A stretch of 64,000 nt of DNA from Patescibacteria group bacterium (GTDB lineage Bacteria; Patescibacteriota; Microgenomatia; UBA1400; PJMF01): contig BOKR01000001.1 in the NCBI GenBank assembly GCA_016861085.1, positions 896,153 to 960,152 on the forward strand, given 5' to 3'. This document shows positions 18,931-28,310 of this stretch, in pieces; position 1 is the stretch's first letter; every line of letters begins with the position of its first letter. Under the pieces are notes generated by a model that saw nothing but the letters and a program-made list of their open reading frames with translations, did not search any database and was not told the DNA's origin. Both the position numbers and the translations under genes were made by a program.

Positions 18931-19659
18931 TTACTTACTTAATAACGATTCTACAGTCGCTTGCAACTGAGGGGCAGATGTTTTAATTCCGTTGACATAA
19001 AAAGTTGGTGTAGCGTTCACCCCAAGCTGAGTGCCTGCGGAGACGTCTAGGTTAACTAGGTCTGCAAGAGAATTATCTTCCATTTTCTCTAAGAATTGAG
19101 ATCTGTCAAGGCCTAAGTCTGCTGCATACGTAGCAAATGTGTCTTTTAGTTCTTGGCGATCGATTGTGTCTGACCACTTTTGTTGCTCTGCGAACAACCG
19201 GTCATGCATTGGCCAGAACTTAGCTGCGTCTAGGCTTGAAGCGGCCTCTGCTGCAATCGCAGCCAAACGAGCATTTGGGTGAATCGAGTCGAGTGGAAAA
19301 TGTCTGTATATAATTTGAATTTTGCCAGGATATGCACGTTTTACATTTTCAACTGCAGGCTGAGCAGCTCTACAGGCAGGACACTGGAAGTCTGAAAATT
19401 CGACTATTGTGATGAGCTCTTGGTTTTCTTGAGTGGAAGCACTTTCAGTTGAGGTCTGGGCACTTGGGGTTGCGTCTGCTGAAACTAAATCTGCTGCGAC
19501 TGTATAGACATGGCGCGCATCGCCTATAGCGAGAGTTTGGTCCACAATTTGTTGGCCTTGATCGGTAGTTTGTGAGCTACTGGATGAAAAAAATGCGACC
19601 GCAATTATTAAAATGAGTGTGCCAACTATCGTGCCAATTAAGAGTGGGAGGTTTTTCAT
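18931..19659 (-). CDS. DsbA-family thiol-disulfide oxidoreductase
   Basis: N-terminal TM, EFSDFQCPAC, YRHFPL, GVNATPTFYVNG. Confidence 0.92.
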   Translation of the reverse strand: MKNLPLLIGTIVGTLILIIAVAFFSSSSSQTTDQGQQIVDQTLAIGDARHVYTVAADLVSADATPSAQTSTESASTQENQELITIVEFSDFQCPACRAAQPAVENVKRAYPGKIQIIYRHFPLDSIHPNARLAAIAAEAASSLDAAKFWPMHDRLFAEQQKWSDTIDRQELKDTFATYAADLGLDRSQFLEKMEDNSLADLVNLDVSAGTQLGVNATPTFYVNGIKTSAPQLQATVESLLSK

Positions 19660-19772
19660 AGTGTGCTCCTAGGTGTAATTTGTACCCAACATTTTATGCA
19701 GGGTTCTAGCATACCATATTTTATTCTGATGCCAAGGTTGTATTACGGGGGGTAGTAGGAAAATTTCAACTT

Positions 19773-20588
19773 TCACCTAAAATAGAGATCTATTAAAGTC
19801 TTTAGAGAAAATCCCGTAGGAATATACATTGCTTTTAAAACATCAGGTGGAATACTTGGACTTGGCCTTGATCCTGTCTTAAGTGATTCTTGATAAATTC
19901 TTTTAAAGTAGATGGCTTTCTGAGGAATAAATTTTGCAAGCAATAACAAACAGTTTCTTGCAACCGTCATTTCTTGATAACTATTCTCATATACATCTGA
20001 AAAGATAACCCCCTTCTTTTTACGAGTGTTAATGTACCTTTGATTAACCGCTGCGTCATTCTCTATTGTTTTAGCCATACAAAATAGCTTTGCATGATAC
20101 AACTCTTCAGTTAACATCCAAAGTAAAAACTCGCGAGTAGAATCCATTCTACAAGACAAGTTGCCAGAATATGGAATCCGTGGGCTTGACTGCTTAGCAG
20201 TAGTCTTTCTCTTTTGTTGATTTTCTAGCTGCATGTTGAATGCTTTTCTCGAACGATTAATTATTATCGTACATCTTGATAATTGGTGAATACCATTTGC
20301 TAAAATGTCAAAATGTGGAAATGCAGTCGCTATAGCAACTTGTCCCGTTGGTTTTGGTTTACAATCAGCGAACACCACAGATATTTTCTTCGCCTGTTCA
20401 TTGGTAATCCCAATTTCTATCGCAATCTGAGCTACTAAATCTACTAATGATTTTCTGTCATAACCTATCCAAAAATCCTTTGGATTTGCCCAATCAAACT
20501 GGATTTGACGAGTCAATATCTGAGCAACTTCTTTTTGAGCCTCTTTTTTATTTTTTGTGATTTCCTCTAGGTGAGATCCCTTCAGCAT
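19773..20588 (-). CDS. Hypothetical protein, paralog A (zincin-like EELxH motif)
   Basis: 271-aa ORF clearly similar to the upstream ORF. Confidence 0.65.
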   Translation of the reverse strand: MLKGSHLEEITKNKKEAQKEVAQILTRQIQFDWANPKDFWIGYDRKSLVDLVAQIAIEIGITNEQAKKISVVFADCKPKPTGQVAIATAFPHFDILANGIHQLSRCTIIINRSRKAFNMQLENQQKRKTTAKQSSPRIPYSGNLSCRMDSTREFLLWMLTEELYHAKLFCMAKTIENDAAVNQRYINTRKKKGVIFSDVYENSYQEMTVARNCLLLLAKFIPQKAIYFKRIYQESLKTGSRPSPSIPPDVLKAMYIPTGFSLKTLIDLYFR

Positions 20589-20591
20589 AAT

Positions 20592-21314
20592 CTATTCATT
20601 ATAACCAGTATTCACAAATGTGCTAGATTTTGCTTGATCAGTTACATATGGAATTGGACGATTCCCACGCTTCACAGAATATTCATAGACTTTCCTATAA
20701 TAAGCAGCATTTTCAGGAACCAACTTCATTAACACTCGTAAACATTGCCGTGCAACTGTCATTTCTTGATAAGAATCCTCATATAAACATTCAGATATCT
20801 GTCTTTTTTTTCTACGAATTTCTTGGTATCTACTGTTTCTTGTTCTGTCATTTTGCCTTGTTTTTGCCATATATACTAACTTTGAATGAGCGAGTTCCTC
20901 CGCAAGTATCCAAATAACACACTCTAGCGGAGTTTCTAAAACACAGACTAATGATTCTTCTTCAATACCCTTTTGTGAGTGGCTCTTTTGGCCATACGAT
21001 TCTTGAACACCAATTCTTGATTTAAAAACTTCCATTGATCTATTAACTATAATTGCTAGTGACTCTACATATTTTAGAGTTTTGGTGTATTTTGCAAGAA
21101 GTACTGCTACTTTAACATCTCCTTTACCTGATGCCTCATGATCTGCAAAAACGATTCTTAATAACTCTGCATTCTCATTTGTAATTCCTAGTAGAAGAGC
21201 TATGTTTTGAACTAATTCTAATATTTGTCTTTGTGAAAAACCTGCCCAACTATCTTTTGGTTTTGCTTGCCAAAAAAAAACAGTCCGTTCAGCTATCAAA
21301 TCGGGTACTAACAA
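20592..21314 (-). CDS. Hypothetical protein, paralog B (zincin-like EELxH motif)
   Basis: Shares PKDxWxG, GITNE, VFAD, EELxHxKL, MAKT and SYQEMTVARxCL with paralog A; TTG start uncertain. Confidence 0.6.
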   Translation of the reverse strand: MLVPDLIAERTVFFWQAKPKDSWAGFSQRQILELVQNIALLLGITNENAELLRIVFADHEASGKGDVKVAVLLAKYTKTLKYVESLAIIVNRSMEVFKSRIGVQESYGQKSHSQKGIEEESLVCVLETPLECVIWILAEELAHSKLVYMAKTRQNDRTRNSRYQEIRRKKRQISECLYEDSYQEMTVARQCLRVLMKLVPENAAYYRKVYEYSVKRGNRPIPYVTDQAKSSTFVNTGYNE

Positions 21315-21490
21315 CTGGGAGAGTTCTTTTCTTCTTGTATGAATTGTAATTTAGAAGGGAATGCTTCTTTGTTGATCGGAGAAATAGATCTTTTCATGGT
21401 ATTATTTTGATACAGTAATTAAAACCTGACAGAGTTTACCTTAGATTAGCAGAAATGCAAGCTAAAATTGTTTTATTTCCTTTAGGAGGG

Positions 21491-21519
21491 TTGACTTTAA
21501 TTAATATTAAACCTATAAT
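21491..21519 (+). promoter_or_regulatory. Sigma70-type promoter
   Basis: TTGACT-N17-TATAAT. Confidence 0.85.
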
Positions 21520-21530
21520 AGTCAACCTTG

Positions 21531-21562
21531 AGATTTAGTTAAATAAATCTAGTTCTTTAACA
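21531..21562 (+). promoter_or_regulatory. Hairpin plus boxA-like antitermination element
   Basis: AGATTTA/TAAATCT stem, then AGTTCTTTAACA (10/12 match to the boxA consensus TGCTCTTTAACA) just after the promoter. Confidence 0.55.
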
Positions 21563-21574
21563 AACGAATAACGA

Positions 21575-21834
21575 TTTGTGGGAAGGAACAAGCGGGTATT
21601 TTTTTTGCCTATTTTAGGATTTTTACCCCTTTGCTCCTTTCCACAAAAGAATCTTCACCTAGTTATTAGGTGGAAAGGATTATGACCAGCATGTTGTGCA
21701 AATTTGCATCACGATGTTGGCAAAGGTGATTGCCTATACGTTTCAGAAAAAAAACAAAAAAAGCAGAAATGAAATCGCACAGATTAAACTCCTTTAGTTC
21801 AATAATTTGACCATCTACTCGATATAGGTGGTCA
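21575..21834 (+). ncRNA. Candidate structured ncRNA or long 5' leader (five stem-loops), family unknown
   Basis: Consecutive inverted repeats whose G-U wobbles only work on the + strand; no long ORF. Confidence 0.5.
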
Positions 21835-21848
21835 CAAACACGATAAAG

Positions 21849-22373
21849 ATGCGTAAAAACAAGTGGCTACTCGTGAAAATTCTAGCGATCTTGGTGGGTT
21901 TGGCAATACTGCTTTGCTTAACTACACCTTCGACCAGTGCCCAGGGTGCATCTCAATGTGTCCATGCCCCAAACTGCGTCGAACTGCCAGGACAACAGAC
22001 TGGCACCTACACTGCGGCGAATACCGTCATTCAATTTACCATCAAAGCAGGACAGAACCGCTTTGATTTTGACCCGTCCCAGGGTCTAACCTTTGATGAT
22101 GGGTGTTACCGCGGGAGTTTCTCCACAAGCGAAGGCGGTCAGCCTAACAACACTGTGGCCTGGGAACGCTACGGCGAACCCGGACCTGGATGTCAAGAAA
22201 TCAGCCATTTGGAGGTCTGGTATTACCAAGCCCCCACGGCCGTGACACTGAAAACCTTCACCACAACCGATTCCTACTCCCCGCCCTACTGGTTGCTGGG
22301 TGTAGCCATTGTCCTCTTGATCATCGGTATTGCTTTACGTCGCCGCTGGATCAAAAAGGGTTGGCTGAAGTAA
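21849..22373 (+). CDS. GC-rich exported protein with a Cys-containing domain and a C-terminal PTAVTL-TM-RRR tail
   Basis: Signal peptide (TSA-Q), 4 Cys in the mature domain, APTAVTLKTF, TM helix, RRR. Confidence 0.75.
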   Translation: MRKNKWLLVKILAILVGLAILLCLTTPSTSAQGASQCVHAPNCVELPGQQTGTYTAANTVIQFTIKAGQNRFDFDPSQGLTFDDGCYRGSFSTSEGGQPNNTVAWERYGEPGPGCQEISHLEVWYYQAPTAVTLKTFTTTDSYSPPYWLLGVAIVLLIIGIALRRRWIKKGWLK

Positions 22374-22446
22374 TTCGTTATTTGTTTACTCACACATAAC
22401 TGCCTCCGGGGTGTAACCCCAAAAGGCGGCTATGAGTGATACTATC

Positions 22447-22476
22447 AAGAAGCGTGTTGAAAAACACGCTTCTTTT
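22447..22476. terminator. Bidirectional intrinsic terminator
   Basis: Perfect 12-bp stem AAGAAGCGTGTT-GAAA-AACACGCTTCTT between convergent genes. Confidence 0.8.
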
Positions 22477-22503
22477 GCATCTCAATCTAAAAAATGGAAA
22501 CTA

Positions 22504-22800
22504 TTATTTTGGCCAAACTTGCTCACCAGTTTCGGTATCAATGACAGTAATTGCATTGGTTGGGCAACTCTGAGCAGCCAAAAGTTTTTCTGCGTCAGTA
22601 TTTCCATCCTGGCTGATAACTACTGCAATATTCTGTTCATCAAGCTTAAACACATTAGATGCAAGTGCCTCACAGGAACCAGCCCCAATGCATTTTTCTC
22701 TTGTCACAGAGACTTTATACTTTCCCACTTGTTTTGTCTGAGTCTTGCCATCTGCACTTACTTGCACATCATTCATATATTTGCCTTTCTTCTGCTTCAT
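22504..22800 (-). CDS. Ferredoxin, probably [3Fe-4S]
   Basis: CIGAGSC...CPTNAI; the second Cys of CxxCxxC is Ala. Confidence 0.85.
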   Translation of the reverse strand: MKQKKGKYMNDVQVSADGKTQTKQVGKYKVSVTREKCIGAGSCEALASNVFKLDEQNIAVVISQDGNTDAEKLLAAQSCPTNAITVIDTETGEQVWPK

Positions 22801-22806
22801 ATGCTA

Positions 22807-23517
22807 CTAAAAAAATTTCTCAAAATGGATATTCTCTATTACCACACCCTTTTGAGGTAATAGTGTATTTACCTCTTCTATCATCTTGGCGTTTCCACAT
22901 AAGTAGTAGGCAGCATTTACTGGGACTTCGTGCATACTCAAACAGTCAGTAACTCTACCACGACAAAGCGGCCACTCTTCGACCGCTTTAGAAATCACCG
23001 GATGAAACTTAAAGTTAGCAAAACTCTCTGCCAAATCCTGCCATTCATCAAGCCAAAACAGCTCTTCAACATAGCGCATACCCCAATACAAGGTCATGGG
23101 TCGTCGTTCGGTACCTTCCTGAAGCAAAGACATAATCATTGACCGAAACGGAGCAATACCTGAACCAGTTGCCACAAATACCAACTCTTCCTCAGTGCCA
23201 CCAGCCTGAAAAATAAATCTACCCATAGGACCAAGCAAATCAACTTCCTGGCCAATCTGTAAATTCTGCAAAAATTGCGAACCAACTCCCCCTGGAGAAA
23301 TATCCACTAAAATATCAAATGCATCTTTATTTTCAGGTTTACTGCAAATTGAGTAACTGCGTCTATCTCCAGTTGCATCAACAACAATAGAAACATATTG
23401 GCCGGGATCAAAAACTAAAGTATGTGGATGAGTCAACACAAAAGAATATTGAATAAATTTCTCATTAAATGCCAATCTGTCAGCCAACTTGGCCTTCATT
23501 TGTTGTGGAGGGTTCAT
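22807..23517 (-). CDS. FAD/NAD(P)-binding ferredoxin reductase-like oxidoreductase
   Basis: PGQY, RSYSI, GGVGS, GPMG, ATGSGIAP, YLCG, HFEKF. Confidence 0.9.
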   Translation of the reverse strand: MNPPQQMKAKLADRLAFNEKFIQYSFVLTHPHTLVFDPGQYVSIVVDATGDRRSYSICSKPENKDAFDILVDISPGGVGSQFLQNLQIGQEVDLLGPMGRFIFQAGGTEEELVFVATGSGIAPFRSMIMSLLQEGTERRPMTLYWGMRYVEELFWLDEWQDLAESFANFKFHPVISKAVEEWPLCRGRVTDCLSMHEVPVNAAYYLCGNAKMIEEVNTLLPQKGVVIENIHFEKFF

Positions 23518-23530
23518 GTTGTCCTTGTCT

Positions 23531-24112
23531 TTATTCTTTGTAATTATAATCTTTTAGCCAATCTCTGCCATACCACAATCCAATTGCTAGCTTAGCTAAA
23601 GCCTGGTATTCTTCTGTTCTATCTACGAAGCCTTTTGTAGTAATTCCGATCATCCCCTGTTTCTTACGCACATCAGATTCTCCTACAACACTAGAAATAA
23701 TAGGACCCATTTCACCACCAGCTCTGATTTGCTCAGCAACAATATCAGGAACTTTAAATCGAGCACCATTGGCAAATTCCATTAAACCATTTTTGTCTAC
23801 AACTACAGCCCAAACTGTGGACCACATTTGACCTTCTGGGTCTTCAAAAACACCCCCCTCAAGGCCAACACCTAAAACTTCTTCTGGATCAAACTCAAAC
23901 CCATCAACTTCATACTTTGCCAAGCCATCATACAAAGTAGCTTGAGCCCTATTCATGGCTCCCTGTTTTGTTTCTTGGTCACCCATGGGCTGTTCGTTAA
24001 TGCCACTAGGCACATCAAAACCTTCAACAATGGCATCCGGCCAAGTTTCACTTACAGCACCAACTACGGAGTTAATCTTCACAGGGTTATGTGATCCAAC
24101 AAAAATATGCAT
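23531..24112 (-). CDS. Non-canonical purine NTP phosphatase (YjjX/DUF84 ITPase/XTPase family)
   Basis: VGSHNPVK, SGINEQP, GAMNRA, GVGLEGG, QGMIGITT...VDR. Confidence 0.88.
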   Translation of the reverse strand: MHIFVGSHNPVKINSVVGAVSETWPDAIVEGFDVPSGINEQPMGDQETKQGAMNRAQATLYDGLAKYEVDGFEFDPEEVLGVGLEGGVFEDPEGQMWSTVWAVVVDKNGLMEFANGARFKVPDIVAEQIRAGGEMGPIISSVVGESDVRKKQGMIGITTKGFVDRTEEYQALAKLAIGLWYGRDWLKDYNYKE

Positions 24113-24151
24113 AACATCATTGAGTGTAACAAATTGAATCAAGATTGGGAA

Positions 24152-24517
24152 TTACAAAATCTTTTTAACTGCACTCAATCCCAATAACAAACACTTCACC
24201 CTACCCATAGAAATTTGGGGAAGACCAAGTTCTTCAAGAATTTGTTCTTTTGTTAATTCTTGCAATTTCGATGTGTCATATCCTTTGATTTTTTCAGAAA
24301 GAACACTCATAGCGGCTTGAGAAATAATACAGCCATGACCTTTCCATTTCACTTCTTCGATCTTTGTTTTATCCGCACTCAACTTAATTGCAACGGTGAT
24401 AACGTCACCACAGCTGGCATTAAACTGTGTTGTGGTCACATCGGCACCTACAAGGTCACCATAGTTGTTGGGGTTCTTTGCTTCATCAAGCAAATCCTCA
24501 TGATACATGTCGTACAT
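24152..24517 (-). CDS. sufU: SufU/IscU-like Fe-S scaffold or sulfur-transfer protein
   Basis: NASCGD, GCIISQA, RVKC; ATG 24517 directly follows the sufS stop. Confidence 0.88.
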   Translation of the reverse strand: MYDMYHEDLLDEAKNPNNYGDLVGADVTTTQFNASCGDVITVAIKLSADKTKIEEVKWKGHGCIISQAAMSVLSEKIKGYDTSKLQELTKEQILEELGLPQISMGRVKCLLLGLSAVKKIL

Positions 24518-24518
24518 A

Positions 24519-25796
24519 TTACAATAAAACTTCCCGTACTTTTTTAAGTGCCAATACCAAAGCATCTACATCTTCTTTTGAGTTGTACACCTGAAAACTT
24601 GCCCGTGTTGTTGCAATCCAATGTTGTGAAGTGTGCAGCGGCATGGTGCAGTGGTGACCAGACCGTACAGCGATTCCTTGACTATCTAAAACTTGGGCAA
24701 CGTCGTGAGCGTGGACTCCTTTATATAAAAATGAAACAGAGCCAACTCTCTCTGGGTTTTTAATGTCGCTATTTAACAGGGAATTGCTTTCAAAGTTTGG
24801 CCCAACTAGTATCACATTCTCAATTTTTGCAAGTTCTTGCACAGCGTAGTTAACTAAAGATATGTCATGTTCAAGTACAGCCTGCATTCCCAAGTTTTCT
24901 AAATATTCACAAGCTGCTGCTAGCCCGACGACAGAGGCAACATCTGGAGTTCCTGCCACAAATCGCTCATTGATATCATCATGAAATACTGTGTGAGATT
25001 CATGTACTTCTGCAATCATCCCTCCACCAAAAAACCAAGGTTGCATTTCGTTCGTTTTGAGAAGTTCCTCACGAACCAAAAGTCCACCTATACCCATTGG
25101 ACCAAGCATTTTATGTCCGGAAAACGCCAAAAAATCGATTCCTATTTTGGTAAAAGTAATTGGTATATGTGGTGCAGATTGTGCACCATCAACCAAAATT
25201 CTAGTTTGTGAATTAGCACGCTTCACCAATTCCACCACTTTTGTAACCGGAACAACAGTTCCTAATGCATTTGAGACATGTGGTAGAGCTACTAATTTTA
25301 CTTTTTCACCAAATTGCTCTAACTTTTTTTCTAAATCAATCAAATCCAAAGTACCAGAGTCAGTAACTCCGACAAAGATAAGTTGTGCAGATTTTCTTTT
25401 TGCAAGTTCCTGCCAAACAACAATATTTGAATGGTGATCCATGACCGTAACTAAAATCACGTCTCCGGCAACTAGATTATGCTCACCCCACCCGTATGCA
25501 ACGCCATTAATTGCTTCTGTGGTATTGCGCACAAAAATAAGTTCTTGTTTTTTTGCTCCAAAAAAGTGAGCAATTTTTGTTTTCCCATTTTCAAATAAAT
25601 GAGTGCTCTCATCTGAAAGTGTATGTACTCCACGGTGCACGTTGGCTACATGATTCATGTAGTATTCTGTGATCGCAGTAATTACAGTTTGAGGTTTTTG
25701 GCTAGTTGCGGAATTATCTAGATAGACCAAACCTTTCCCGTTCATTTGACGAGATAAAATTGGAAAATCCAATTTGATTTTGGATGTATCTAACAT
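24519..25796 (-). CDS. sufS: Cysteine desulfurase SufS
   Basis: YLDNSATSQKP, VHRGVH, DGAQS, SGHKMLGP, RSGHHC. Confidence 0.95.
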   Translation of the reverse strand: MLDTSKIKLDFPILSRQMNGKGLVYLDNSATSQKPQTVITAITEYYMNHVANVHRGVHTLSDESTHLFENGKTKIAHFFGAKKQELIFVRNTTEAINGVAYGWGEHNLVAGDVILVTVMDHHSNIVVWQELAKRKSAQLIFVGVTDSGTLDLIDLEKKLEQFGEKVKLVALPHVSNALGTVVPVTKVVELVKRANSQTRILVDGAQSAPHIPITFTKIGIDFLAFSGHKMLGPMGIGGLLVREELLKTNEMQPWFFGGGMIAEVHESHTVFHDDINERFVAGTPDVASVVGLAAACEYLENLGMQAVLEHDISLVNYAVQELAKIENVILVGPNFESNSLLNSDIKNPERVGSVSFLYKGVHAHDVAQVLDSQGIAVRSGHHCTMPLHTSQHWIATTRASFQVYNSKEDVDALVLALKKVREVLL

Positions 25797-25819
25797 ATCT
25801 GTATATTGTAACACTTGGC

Positions 25820-26305
25820 TTATATTTTCAGAAAACCATCAATAATCAAATCTTCTGCCTGTTTTTTTGGTAACCCGCGAGACATTAAATAGAAAAGTTG
25901 TGGCTCAGGAATTTGTGTTATTGAAGCAGCATGTGAACATTTAACATCGTCTGTAAGAATTTCTAATTCAGGAACAGCCTCAGCAGAAGCTTGATCTGAA
26001 AGTAACAAAACTCGTTCCGTCAAAAAAGAATTACTCTCACCACAACCTTCGGCAATTATAATCCGGCCAAGAAATCTTATTTTTGATTGGTCACGTGCAA
26101 CACCTCTCAGCGTAGTATTTGCAACTGTGTTTTTAGCTTTGTGATGTATTGTTACGTTTACAGCAACTTCTTCATTACTTTCAGTTAAAAAGGCACCGAC
26201 AATTTCAACTTCAGCGCCCTGCCCAATAAGCTCAACAATATAATCACCCTGTTGAGTGATTTTTATTGTTTTCTTTTCGTTTTTCAAAATTTTATATTTT
26301 TTCAT
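25820..26305 (-). CDS. sufD: SufD, short form (C-terminal beta-helix only)
   Basis: PELEILTDDVKCSHAAS, FYLMSRG; located between sufB and sufS. Confidence 0.85.
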   Translation of the reverse strand: MKKYKILKNEKKTIKITQQGDYIVELIGQGAEVEIVGAFLTESNEEVAVNVTIHHKAKNTVANTTLRGVARDQSKIRFLGRIIIAEGCGESNSFLTERVLLLSDQASAEAVPELEILTDDVKCSHAASITQIPEPQLFYLMSRGLPKKQAEDLIIDGFLKI

Positions 26306-26392
26306 ATTGGGTGATGTAAATTGCAAATGTATTCGTGAATTATGCTTCTTGAAGTAAAACGTAATTGATGAATACATTTGCAAGTATTTTAT

Positions 26393-27820
26393 TTATCCAA
26401 TACTTCCCTCCATCTCATGATCAATCAACCGATTCATTTCAACCGCATATTCAAGTGGCAGTTTTCGCACCAAGTCATCAATAAAACCATTCACAATTAA
26501 TTTCCGCGCCTGTTCTTCATCAACTCCCCGAGACATCAAGTAAAATAATTGATCATCGCCAATTTTAGAAACAGTTGCTTCATGCTGGATCTCAACTTGT
26601 TTGTTATAAATTTTATCGATTGGGTATGTATCAGAACGAGAATCTCCATCTAGTAGCAACGCGTCGCAAATAACCGTATTTTTACTGTGGTGAGCTTTAG
26701 GACCAACATTTATCAATCCTCTATAACTGGTTCTCCCACCACTCTTACTAATTGATTTAGCAACTATGGTTGAACTCGTGTAAGGTGCCAAATGAATTGC
26801 TTTTGAACCAGTATCTTGGTGTTGCCCAGCTCCAGCCATCGCCATAGAAAGTGCCTCTCCCTTGGCACCCTTCCCAGCAAGCACAAACCCAGGATACTTC
26901 ATGGTTAGTTTTGAACCCATGTTGAAATCGGTCCAAATCATTTCAGCTTCTGCTTCTACATACGCACGCTTGGTAACTAAGTTATAAATATTTTTATACC
27001 AATTTTGTACTGTAGTATATTGGCAGCGAGCACCACGTTTTACATAAATTTCAACAACTGCAGCATGTAAAGATCCGGACGAAAAACTTGGAGCAGTACA
27101 GCCCTCGATATAGTGAACACTTGCCCCTTCATCAACAATAATTAACGTTCTTTCAAACTGTCCAGCGTTGGCAGCATTGATTCTAAAATACGTTTGCAAT
27201 GGCATTTTCACATGGACACCTTTGGGGATATATACAAAAGAACCACCAGACCAAGTAGCAGTGTTTAATGCCGAAAACTTGTTATCTCCAAACGGGATAA
27301 CTTTGCTGAAATATTCTCTTACTAATTCTGGGTACTGTTGCAGTCCCTCATCCATAGACAAAAAGATAACCCCATCTTTTGCCCATACGTTTTTGAGCGA
27401 GCCATACACAACTTCAGAATCGTACTGTGCTTTCACACCAGCTAGAACATCACGCTCAGCTTGTGGAATTCCGAGACGATCAAATGTTTCTTTCACTTCT
27501 TTGGGAACGTCGTCCCATGTTTTGCCTGCTTGATCGGTCGGCCGTAAGTAATAGCGAATTTCATCATAATTAATTTGTGACAAATCACCACCCCAAGCTG
27601 GAGTTGGTTTTGCTCTAAAAGCCTGGTAAGCCTCTAGCCTCAATCTTAGCATCCATTCTGGCTCTTGTTTGATCGCAGAAATCTCTTTCACTGTTTCTTC
27701 AGTTAGGCCCGGTTTCAAAATGTGAGCGTATCCTTCTGTTGGGTATGAAAAACCGTACTCATAAGAATCAATCTCAGTACTTTCAAAAGCGCTGGTTTTT
27801 TTTTGTGCAAACCTTGACAT
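26393..27820 (-). CDS. sufB: Fe-S cluster assembly protein SufB
   Basis: GQFERTLII, YIEGCTAP, HEATVSKI, LPLEYAVE, EGSIG. Confidence 0.96.
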   Translation of the reverse strand: MSRFAQKKTSAFESTEIDSYEYGFSYPTEGYAHILKPGLTEETVKEISAIKQEPEWMLRLRLEAYQAFRAKPTPAWGGDLSQINYDEIRYYLRPTDQAGKTWDDVPKEVKETFDRLGIPQAERDVLAGVKAQYDSEVVYGSLKNVWAKDGVIFLSMDEGLQQYPELVREYFSKVIPFGDNKFSALNTATWSGGSFVYIPKGVHVKMPLQTYFRINAANAGQFERTLIIVDEGASVHYIEGCTAPSFSSGSLHAAVVEIYVKRGARCQYTTVQNWYKNIYNLVTKRAYVEAEAEMIWTDFNMGSKLTMKYPGFVLAGKGAKGEALSMAMAGAGQHQDTGSKAIHLAPYTSSTIVAKSISKSGGRTSYRGLINVGPKAHHSKNTVICDALLLDGDSRSDTYPIDKIYNKQVEIQHEATVSKIGDDQLFYLMSRGVDEEQARKLIVNGFIDDLVRKLPLEYAVEMNRLIDHEMEGSIG

Positions 27821-27836
27821 ATTACTAACTTAAAAT

Positions 27837-28310
27837 CTAAAATGCACCTCGAATAATATCTTTTACAAAATCACCCTTTTTACCACCAAAATCAAACTGG
27901 TGTATTTCATCTGCCGCAATCCATTTGTGGTCAATATGTTCATCACTCAGTTTTACTTGAGTCCGATCAAAATCTCCTGGCAACTCAACTCTCCAACCGA
28001 CAATTATCGAATACAGTTTTTTTTCAGCTTCAAAAAAAGTTCTAAACAGTGTCATATTCTCAAAGGTGAAATGCTGATCAAAAACGGTTAGACCGGTCTC
28101 CTCTTTTATTTCTCTGGCAATATCGGTTTGATGCATGTTTTCAAGATTCTCTGTAGCACTTTCTGGCCATTCAGAATTCCCCCCCGGCAGATCCCAACAC
28201 AAAGGCCTCGACTTTGAACTTTCATCCCTTTGCAGAATTAAAACTTTTCCGTTATGCAACAACACTGCTTTTTGTAACAATTTAACATTTTGAGTTAACT
28301 GATGTTTCAT
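27837..28310 (-). CDS. NUDIX hydrolase
   Basis: WDLPGG...REIKEETGL Nudix box with an insertion; ATGA overlap with sufC. Confidence 0.88.
   Translation of the reverse strand: MKHQLTQNVKLLQKAVLLHNGKVLILQRDESSKSRPLCWDLPGGNSEWPESATENLENMHQTDIAREIKEETGLTVFDQHFTFENMTLFRTFFEAEKKLYSIIVGWRVELPGDFDRTQVKLSDEHIDHKWIAADEIHQFDFGGKKGDFVKDIIRGAF

Noticed and set aside
21489-21527. Invertible promoter flanked by GGTTGACT/AGTCAACC
   Set aside because: The repeat is only 8 bp, includes the -35 box itself and encloses 23 nt, which is too small for a typical inverton. It may still be an operator.
21682-21729. 15-codon ORF MTSMLCKFASRCWQR inside the structured region
   Set aside because: It is very short, the SD-like AAGGA is too close to the ATG and lies in a stem, and there is no independent support.
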